A stretch of 32,000 nucleotides of DNA, from contig UQDI01000010.1 of assembly GCA_900539725.1 (NCBI GenBank), positions 1 to 32,000 on the forward strand, read 5' to 3'. The notes under the pieces were generated by a model, which worked only from the letters and a program-made list of their open reading frames with translations, was not told where the DNA came from and ran no database searches. The first letter of the stretch is position 1; each line of letters starts with the position of its first letter. This stretch comes from an uncultured Eubacteriales bacterium. GTDB taxonomy: Bacteria > Bacillota > Clostridia > Tissierellales > Peptoniphilaceae. A program made the position numbers and the translations under genes. Of the stretch, positions 25,023 through 32,000 are shown piece by piece.

Positions 25023-26781
25023 AGACATCTACAAAATTAAAAAAAGTATATTGCCAATAGTTTTTCTAAATGCTTTATTATGTGCAGCTGAGCCTTTTAT
25101 TTTTGTCTACATCTCTGGCTACTTACTAAAATTTATAATCGAAGCTAGAGAAATTAGCTTTATAATAAAATTTTCTGTGGCAGCAGCGGCAATATCCTTT
25201 GCGCTTCACTATATTAAAAACATCACTGAAAACTATAAGTTAGAGTACGGCGACTATTTAAATACTAATGAAAAAAATATTCTTATTAAAAAATTGTTTT
25301 CGCTAGATTTTAAGGACCTTGAAGCTAAAGATACAAAGGATAAAATTTTAAGACACAAAGAGGAAAGTGACGGCATGAGCACCATTTACATGGAAGCGAT
25401 GTATCAATTTTATAATTTTACTGTTAATATAATCAGCATTATTATAGCAATAGTATCATTAATTAGCTTTTATCCAGCACTTTCAAAATCTGTCGATATT
25501 AAAGTTTTTGGCTCAAAATATTTTCCTTTACTAATAATATTTTTAATGCTAGTAATTATTTATGCACTAATCAATTTTAGGAAGAGGGCAGAAGAAAAGA
25601 ACGAAATCGATAGAGAGGACTATGCGAAAAAATATAAGATTTACGATTATTACATGAGGTTACTCTCTGATTACGAGTCATTAAAGCAGATTAAAATTTA
25701 TGATGAGAAGGCTTTTATACTTGACGATATAAACGAGAATTTTGTAAAGAGTGGTCTTGGATTAAGAAAGAAAATTGCAAGAAGAACAGGTTTTAGCGAA
25801 GGCATGGATGATCTTTTGCTATCGACGCTTGGAATCTTGTTCTTAATTATGCTTGCCATTAAGGCAAAAGGCGGTCTCTTTGGCGTAGACAAGATTATAA
25901 TATACTATGGTGCTTTTAAAGCACTTTGTGAAGCAGCAAAGGAGCTTATCAAAACTATTGGCGAAGAAAAAGCACTTGAGCCTAAAATAGCGATTTTGTA
26001 TGATATACTTAATTTGAAATCTGATAAAAAATCTGAAGTAAAGGAAAAAGATTTTACAGAGACTTTGATTAGTGTAAAGGATTTAAGCTTTTCCTATCCA
26101 GATTCAAAAATTACTCAGCTAAAAAATCTTAATCTTGAAATAAGGCGAGGCGAAAAAATTGCAATAGTTGGAGAAAATGGTTCAGGTAAAACGACTTTTG
26201 TAAATTTACTAACAGGTTTATACAAAGCAAATGAAGGCAGCCTTCTTATTGATGGCGATGTACCTTCACTTGATTTTACTGCGAAAAATATTGGAGTAGT
26301 GAGTCAAGACTTTTATCTATTTTCATTTAAGCTTGGAGAAAATATTGCCACAAGTGAAAATTATAATGCTGATGAGTGCGAAAGAGTTTTAAAGCTCTCT
26401 AATTTTGAAAAAGCTTATGACTTAGAACAATATATATACACAGATATTGACGAAGACGGCGTGGATATCTCTGGTGGTGAAAGCCAAAAAATTGCACTAG
26501 CAAGAGCTCTTTACAATGATAAGGATATATTGATATTTGACGAGCCGACATCAAAACTTGATCCAAAGTCTGAGATGAAAATTTTCGAGAGCTTCAATGA
26601 GGCAGCTAAGGGCAAGACGGTCATATTCATTTCTCACAGGATGAGTGCTTGTAAATTTGCAAACAGAGTTATTTTATTCCACGACGGCAAGATTATAGAC
26701 AGCGCACCGCATGAAGAATTATTGAAACGGAACGAAAAGTACAAAGAGATGTGGCGTGCACAAGCAAAATATTTTAATTAA
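25003..26781 (+). CDS. ABC transporter, fused permease/ATPase, subunit 2
   Basis: GENGSGKTTFVNLLTGL, DISGGESQKIALARAL, ILIFDEPTSKLD, ISHRMSA. AGGAG at 24991 positions ATG 25003; overlaps subunit 1. Confidence 0.92.
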   Translation: MKKQVYKDIYKIKKSILPIVFLNALLCAAEPFIFVYISGYLLKFIIEAREISFIIKFSVAAAAISFALHYIKNITENYKLEYGDYLNTNEKNILIKKLFSLDFKDLEAKDTKDKILRHKEESDGMSTIYMEAMYQFYNFTVNIISIIIAIVSLISFYPALSKSVDIKVFGSKYFPLLIIFLMLVIIYALINFRKRAEEKNEIDREDYAKKYKIYDYYMRLLSDYESLKQIKIYDEKAFILDDINENFVKSGLGLRKKIARRTGFSEGMDDLLLSTLGILFLIMLAIKAKGGLFGVDKIIIYYGAFKALCEAAKELIKTIGEEKALEPKIAILYDILNLKSDKKSEVKEKDFTETLISVKDLSFSYPDSKITQLKNLNLEIRRGEKIAIVGENGSGKTTFVNLLTGLYKANEGSLLIDGDVPSLDFTAKNIGVVSQDFYLFSFKLGENIATSENYNADECERVLKLSNFEKAYDLEQYIYTDIDEDGVDISGGESQKIALARALYNDKDILIFDEPTSKLDPKSEMKIFESFNEAAKGKTVIFISHRMSACKFANRVILFHDGKIIDSAPHEELLKRNEKYKEMWRAQAKYFN

Positions 26782-26865
26782 TTTATATAAGTGATTAAGC
26801 AAGTCTTAGTCACTTTTTCATTGCTATTTTCACGGCTTTATAATATAATAGAAGTGGTGAGGTTT

Positions 26866-27999
26866 ATGATTTATTTAGATAATTGTGCAACAACAAAAGT
26901 ATATAAAGAGGCGATGGATGCGGCGCTTCATGCCTTTGAAGAAACTTATGCGAATCCATCGAGCATACATAAGGCAGGCTTTTTACTAAGAAATGACTTT
27001 GAAGAGGCGAGGAGAGTCATCAAGAATTTCTTAAAGATAAAGTCTGGCGAAATCATTTTTACGTCTTGCGCGAGTGAGGCGAACAACATTATAGTAAATT
27101 CAATTAAGGATATAAAGAAGAAGAAAATTTTGACAACGGCGGTCGAGCATCAAGCGATGAACAAGCCTATTGACAATCTAGTGGCCCATGGCTTTGAAGT
27201 GATCAAAATTCATCCTAAGGATGGACAAATCACTTTAGAAGATGTACTTGACAATCTTGATGATGGTTTTGGCTTCGTTTCACTTATGCATGTCAACAAC
27301 GAAGTTGGCAGCATCATAGACGTAGAAAGCATTTCTCGTGAAGTAAAGAGACTTTATCCGGATATAATATTTGCGACTGACGCGGTTCAAGCCTTTGGCA
27401 AGCTTCGTATTGATCTAAGCGAAGGCAATATCGATTTTCTTTCGATGTCGGGCCACAAGGTTCACGCGCCTAAGGGCATTGGCTGCCTTTACGCACGCGA
27501 TATGAACTTAGTTAAGCCGCTTATCTATGGCGGCGAACAAGAATTTTCTCTAAGAGCAGGTACTGAAAATGTTCCGGGTGTTTTAGCTCTTGCTGAAGCT
27601 GTTAAAATTTTGGATAAAAATCTTGAAAATAATTATAAATATGTAAATGATTTAAAAAATAAAATGATAGAGAGCCTAAAGGAGCTTGACGGCGTTCACC
27701 TTCATTCAGAGGGCGAGGGCTATTCGCCATATGTTTTGTCGGTAGCTTTTGATAATATCAAGGCCGAGGTCTTGGTACACATCTTAGAGCAAGACGAGGT
27801 CTATATATCAACGTCTTCTGCTTGTTCATCGAAGCAAAAAAAGCACATGCGCGTACTTGAGGGTTATGGCTACAGCGAAAAAGAAGCTGAAGATACGGTA
27901 AGAATTTCATTTTCTGAGATGAATACAGAAGAAGAGGTCTTAAAGGCGGCGGAACTCATTAAAAAAGCGGTTAAATTTATTAGGAGTGTTAAAAAATGA
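26866..27999 (+). CDS. Cysteine desulfurase
   Basis: MIYLDNCATTKV, FTSCASEANN, ATDAVQAFGKL, SGHKVHAPKGIGCLY, GGEQEFSLRAGTENVPG, STSSACSS. Start at ATG 26866 with GTGAGG RBS. Confidence 0.95.
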   Translation: MIYLDNCATTKVYKEAMDAALHAFEETYANPSSIHKAGFLLRNDFEEARRVIKNFLKIKSGEIIFTSCASEANNIIVNSIKDIKKKKILTTAVEHQAMNKPIDNLVAHGFEVIKIHPKDGQITLEDVLDNLDDGFGFVSLMHVNNEVGSIIDVESISREVKRLYPDIIFATDAVQAFGKLRIDLSEGNIDFLSMSGHKVHAPKGIGCLYARDMNLVKPLIYGGEQEFSLRAGTENVPGVLALAEAVKILDKNLENNYKYVNDLKNKMIESLKELDGVHLHSEGEGYSPYVLSVAFDNIKAEVLVHILEQDEVYISTSSACSSKQKKHMRVLEGYGYSEKEAEDTVRISFSEMNTEEEVLKAAELIKKAVKFIRSVKK

Positions 28000-29153
28000 T
28001 GACGGATAAAGTATATTTGATAATCAGTGAGGGTGAGATGCACCTAAAGGGCGGCAACAGAAGGTACTTCGAGCAAAAACTTATTTCAAACATCGATAAG
28101 AACATGAAGGACATCGGCTACGACAGCCTTTATAACGATATCGGCAAGATTATTATAGAAGTGGACGATGCAAAATCTGAAAAAGCGATTGAAGCCTTAA
28201 AAAAGGTCTTCGGCATAGTTTGGATCAGAAAGGCTTATAGATGTGAAAAAGATATTGAAGTGATCAGGCGCCTCGCTATTGACTTAGTTAAGGAAAAGAA
28301 TTTAAAAGGCACTTTTAAGGCGGCATCGACAAGAGCGGATAAGAAGTTCCCACTTAACTCGATGGAGCTAGCAAGGGAAGTAGGCGCTGCCATACTTACA
28401 AATACAGAAGGACTAAAAGTTGACGTGCATAATCCTGAGCACGAGGTTTACGTTGACATAAGGAAGTTTGCCTACGTTTCAGTAGAGAAGTACAAGGCAC
28501 TAGGCGGTATGCCAAAGGCGACTAATGGTAAGGCGCTTTGTCTACTATCCGGCGGTATAGACAGTCCAGTCGCTCTATATATGATGGCAAAGCGCGGCGT
28601 TAAGGTCGACGCGATACATTTTCACTCATATCCATTTACCTCGCTGCAAGCACTTGAGAAGGTTAAAGGCCTTAGAGACATAGTCGCTGCCTACACTGGC
28701 GATATAAAAATATATTCATATAATATGCTTGACGCATACACAGCCATCAATCAAAATATGAATGTTTCGTACACAACGGTTGTTTCAAGAAGGATAATGA
28801 TGCGCGTTGCGAAAAAGCTAGCTCATGACAAGGGCTACGACGCCATCATCACAGGGGAGAATATCGGCCAAGTCGCTTCACAGACAATGTACGGAATTAA
28901 AGCGATAGAGGATGCGACAGACATGGTCATCTTTAGACCGCTCATAGCTTTCGATAAACTTGACATCATTGACATAGCGAAAAAGATAGGCACTTACGAA
29001 AAATCGATAGAGCCATTCGATGACTGCTGCTCAGTATTTTCGCCTGACCATCCACAAACGAGACCACTAATCGCTGATGTTAAATGTGAAGAAGAAAAGG
29101 TAGATATAGACGCAATTGTAGAAGATATTTATAAAAAAGGAGAATTACTATGA
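27996..29153 (+). CDS. thiI: tRNA 4-thiouridine sulfurtransferase
   Basis: GEMHLKGGNRRYFE, PP-loop LLSGGIDSPVALYMMAKRG, HFHSYPFTS, GENIGQVASQT, DDCCSVFSPDHPQTRP. Confidence 0.96.
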   Translation: MMTDKVYLIISEGEMHLKGGNRRYFEQKLISNIDKNMKDIGYDSLYNDIGKIIIEVDDAKSEKAIEALKKVFGIVWIRKAYRCEKDIEVIRRLAIDLVKEKNLKGTFKAASTRADKKFPLNSMELAREVGAAILTNTEGLKVDVHNPEHEVYVDIRKFAYVSVEKYKALGGMPKATNGKALCLLSGGIDSPVALYMMAKRGVKVDAIHFHSYPFTSLQALEKVKGLRDIVAAYTGDIKIYSYNMLDAYTAINQNMNVSYTTVVSRRIMMRVAKKLAHDKGYDAIITGENIGQVASQTMYGIKAIEDATDMVIFRPLIAFDKLDIIDIAKKIGTYEKSIEPFDDCCSVFSPDHPQTRPLIADVKCEEEKVDIDAIVEDIYKKGELL

Positions 29154-30763
29154 AGATAAGTTTTTTAGGCGCGGCACAAGAAGTAACCGGCTCCAACTAT
29201 TTGCTTGAAGCCTGTGGTAAGAAGATAGTCATAGACTGCGGCATGTTTCAAGGCAGTAATGACCTTGAAGAGCTGAACAAAAGGCCCTTTGACTATAATG
29301 TAAGGGACATTGACAAAGTCTTGATTACTCACGCACACATCGACCACATAGGAAGGCTACCGAAGATGGTCAAGGACGGCTACGACGGCGAAGTCATCAT
29401 GACTAAGGCGACTATGGACCTAGCTCCAGTCATGCTCTACGACTCAGCCAAGATTGGTATGCAAGACGCTGAGACTGAGACTAAGAAGAATCTTCGTCAA
29501 GGCCTTGACCCAGTTGAGCCTCTTTACACAGACGTTGACGTTGATGATACTCTTAAGCTATTAAGGGGCTACGCTTATGGTGAAGAAGTAGAACTCTTTG
29601 ATGGGATTAAAATCATCTTTAGAGATGCAGGCCATATACTTGGCTCAGCCATCTTAGAAGTTTACATAAATGAAGATGGTAAAGAGACTAAACTTGTATT
29701 TTCTGGCGACCTTGGTATGCCGGACAGGCCTCTACTTAAGGATCCGACTTTCATCAAGGATGCGGACTATGTCATTATGGAATCAACTTATGGTAATCGC
29801 AATCACGAGAAAATTACGGACAGCACTCAAAAGCTTATTGATATCATAGACAAGACTGTTGCCAGAGGCGGAACCGTTCTAATACCAAGCTTTGCAGTTG
29901 GTAGAAGCCAAGAGCTTATATATTTATTAAACAAAGAGTTCGAGAAGAGAAAAAATAATAATATCAGAGTTTTTCTTGATTCGCCAATGGCGGTCGACGC
30001 GACAGAAGTATTTATGCGTAACTACGATGTTTTGGATGAAGAAACACAAAAGCTATTAAAGTCGGGCGACGACCCTCTTATGTTTAAGCACCTAAAGTAC
30101 ATTCGCGAGACAGAGGACTCGAAGGCGCTTAATGTGGACGAGGCGCCAAAGGTCATCATCGCATCATCAGGCATGATGACAGCAGGCAGAATAAGGCATC
30201 ACTTAAAGAACTGTCTGTGGGACAAGAGAAATTCACTTATCATAGTTGGCTACCAAGCAGAAGGCTCTTTAGGCCGCATCATTCTTAGCGGCGTAAGAAG
30301 AGTTAAGCTCTTTGGTCAAATGGTGGACGTAGGTCTAGAAGTTTATGACTTACAAGGCTTTTCTGCACATGCCGATCAAAATATGTTATTAAAATGGCTA
30401 GATGCCTTTGATAATAAGCCTAAAAAAGTTTTCTTGGTTCATGGCGAGAGCGATGCACAAGAAATATTAAAGCAAAAGATAGCTAGAGACCAAGGACTTG
30501 AGGTATACGCACCAAAGCTTGGCGAAACAATTGACCTAGCTACTGGTGAAAGTGCAAGGATAGATGTTCATAAGAACAAGCTTGCTGGTGAAGAAGAGCT
30601 TAAGAAGAGCTTTGACAATCTATTAGCCGCTTTCTCAAACATAGTTATGAGCTCAAATAAATTATATACGAAGGAACACTTAAAGAAGAGTAAGAAGCTT
30701 AAGGACGCACTTGACGAGGCAGAGCTTGCCTTAGTTAATATCAATAAGGAGCTTAACTCGTAG
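29150..30763 (+). CDS. MBL-fold/beta-CASP metallo-hydrolase, putative RNA-processing nuclease
   Basis: LGAAQEVTGSNYLLE, ITHAHIDHIGRLPKM, FRDAGHILGSAI, VLIPSFAVGRSQELIYLL, SSGMMTAGRIRHHLK, SAHADQNMLLKWL, VFLVHGE. Confidence 0.93.
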   Translation: MKISFLGAAQEVTGSNYLLEACGKKIVIDCGMFQGSNDLEELNKRPFDYNVRDIDKVLITHAHIDHIGRLPKMVKDGYDGEVIMTKATMDLAPVMLYDSAKIGMQDAETETKKNLRQGLDPVEPLYTDVDVDDTLKLLRGYAYGEEVELFDGIKIIFRDAGHILGSAILEVYINEDGKETKLVFSGDLGMPDRPLLKDPTFIKDADYVIMESTYGNRNHEKITDSTQKLIDIIDKTVARGGTVLIPSFAVGRSQELIYLLNKEFEKRKNNNIRVFLDSPMAVDATEVFMRNYDVLDEETQKLLKSGDDPLMFKHLKYIRETEDSKALNVDEAPKVIIASSGMMTAGRIRHHLKNCLWDKRNSLIIVGYQAEGSLGRIILSGVRRVKLFGQMVDVGLEVYDLQGFSAHADQNMLLKWLDAFDNKPKKVFLVHGESDAQEILKQKIARDQGLEVYAPKLGETIDLATGESARIDVHKNKLAGEEELKKSFDNLLAAFSNIVMSSNKLYTKEHLKKSKKLKDALDEAELALVNINKELNS

Positions 30764-30773
30764 GAGGAGAAAA

Positions 30774-32000
30774 ATGAAGTACACAAAAACACTGAAGCGC
30801 CTGCTTGGAGACGCGATTAGAACAGACAGGAAGATGATTCTTTACATCTTATTTGCCTGCATCTTAGGGGCCTTTGCTCCACTAGTATTATCACTAATGC
30901 CTAAGCTAATAGTTGGAGTCGTAGAAAATCCTGGTACAGACGCGATTAGAAGGATTTTACTAATCTCACTTGGCTTTTTTGCCTTGGAGTTCTTAGTTGA
31001 GGGCGTAAGCCTTTACTGCTCAAATCAAGTAATAACAGTTGCAAATAAAACAAGGTTCGAGCTAATGCACGAGCAAAACAAAAAGATGGTAGCTGCCGAC
31101 TTTAAATACATAAGTGATAGATCCATCTTTAAGATGTATGGCATGGCTTTTGAAGCAACAAACAGTGACTGGGGCGGAGTTGCTGGCATGCTTAGAGAGT
31201 TTGCAAGAACCGCACCTATAATTCTTTCACTTATAATTATAGGAGGAGTTATTACGGCTCTATCACCATTAACAGGAGCACTACTACTTTTATATGCAAT
31301 TACTTATGCCTACGCACAAAGACAAGCAAACAAAGAAGTAAGTGATAATGATGCCGAGATAAATAAAATAAGTGATGAGATTAGATACTATACTAAAACT
31401 GCTGGTGATTTTAAAGCTGGTAAAGAGATTAGACTTTTTAACTTGAAAGACATGATACTTAATGCTTATAAGCGCCTTATTGATAAAAGAAAAAGCTATA
31501 ACTTAAGAGCCGTTAACAAAACTTTTAGAAAGAGCCTTTTATCAGTTCTAATCTTAATTATTGCTCAGGGCATTTTTGCTTATATACTTATACTTAGCTT
31601 TAAGAATGGCTCAGTTGATACAGGTAGCTTTTTAATGTATCTAACACTTATGCTGCAATTCGTCTTATTGGCAGACAGAGCTATAGAAGACTACGAGTTT
31701 TTTGTAGTTAATCAAACTATTTACGTAGAAAATATGTATGATTTACTTGAAACAGATAAGCTAAGCTCAGACCATGGTACTAGAGATAGACTTAGTGGTG
31801 CTGTTGATATTGAGTTTAGAAATGTTAGCTTTGCTTATCCAAATACAGATAAGAAAGTGCTTGATAACTTAAGCTTTAAGATAGCTAAAAACGAAACCAT
31901 TGCCCTAGTTGGTAACAATGGTGAGGGCAAGTCCACTATAATCAATTTACTTGTAAGATTATTTAGACCGGACGAAGGCGAGATACTTCTTAATGGCGTG
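30774..32000 (+). CDS. ABC transporter, fused permease/ATPase, 3' truncated by window end
   Basis: taggaggagaaaa RBS then ATG; MKYTKTLKRLLGDAIRTDRKMILYILF...; Walker A GNNGEGKST. Reading frame is open to position 32000; absent from the supplied ORF track. Confidence 0.9.
   Translation, partial: MKYTKTLKRLLGDAIRTDRKMILYILFACILGAFAPLVLSLMPKLIVGVVENPGTDAIRRILLISLGFFALEFLVEGVSLYCSNQVITVANKTRFELMHEQNKKMVAADFKYISDRSIFKMYGMAFEATNSDWGGVAGMLREFARTAPIILSLIIIGGVITALSPLTGALLLLYAITYAYAQRQANKEVSDNDAEINKISDEIRYYTKTAGDFKAGKEIRLFNLKDMILNAYKRLIDKRKSYNLRAVNKTFRKSLLSVLILIIAQGIFAYILILSFKNGSVDTGSFLMYLTLMLQFVLLADRAIEDYEFFVVNQTIYVENMYDLLETDKLSSDHGTRDRLSGAVDIEFRNVSFAYPNTDKKVLDNLSFKIAKNETIALVGNNGEGKSTIINLLVRLFRPDEGEILLNGV

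Overview
The window is a 32 kb low-GC Gram-positive (Firmicutes/Tissierellia-like, my inference) chromosomal segment with nearly all genes on the + strand. In order it carries: a DUF4143-type AAA ATPase; a shortened DinJ/RelB-like antitoxin remnant; long-form hpf; an S9 peptidase; a TRIC/UPF0126 membrane protein; two tandem copper-amine-oxidase-N-like secreted proteins; a minus-strand DUF3841-like gene; hutH-hutU-hutI plus a LuxR-type regulator with an atypical receiver; a five-gene opp/dpp-like peptide ABC transporter; a minus-strand LysR regulator divergent from a two-gene ABC exporter; cysteine desulfurase, thiI and a beta-CASP metallo-hydrolase; and a truncated ABC transporter. No complete, clearly novel multi-gene defence or biosynthetic system is evident. 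The best leads are non-coding or regulatory: (1) a hut leader with a strong promoter, a 17-codon uORF and an intrinsic terminator just before hutH; (2) a TTGACA-N17-TATAAT promoter driving a short structured RNA candidate at about 1853-1912; (3) a six-member, same-orientation DnaA-box-like cluster at 5821-5955 away from dnaA; (4) a structured, possibly pseudoknotted leader before the peptide ABC operon; (5) TTTTGAAAGTG palindromes bracketing the ATPase/antitoxin locus. All coordinates and structures were read by eye; no database search or folding program was run.
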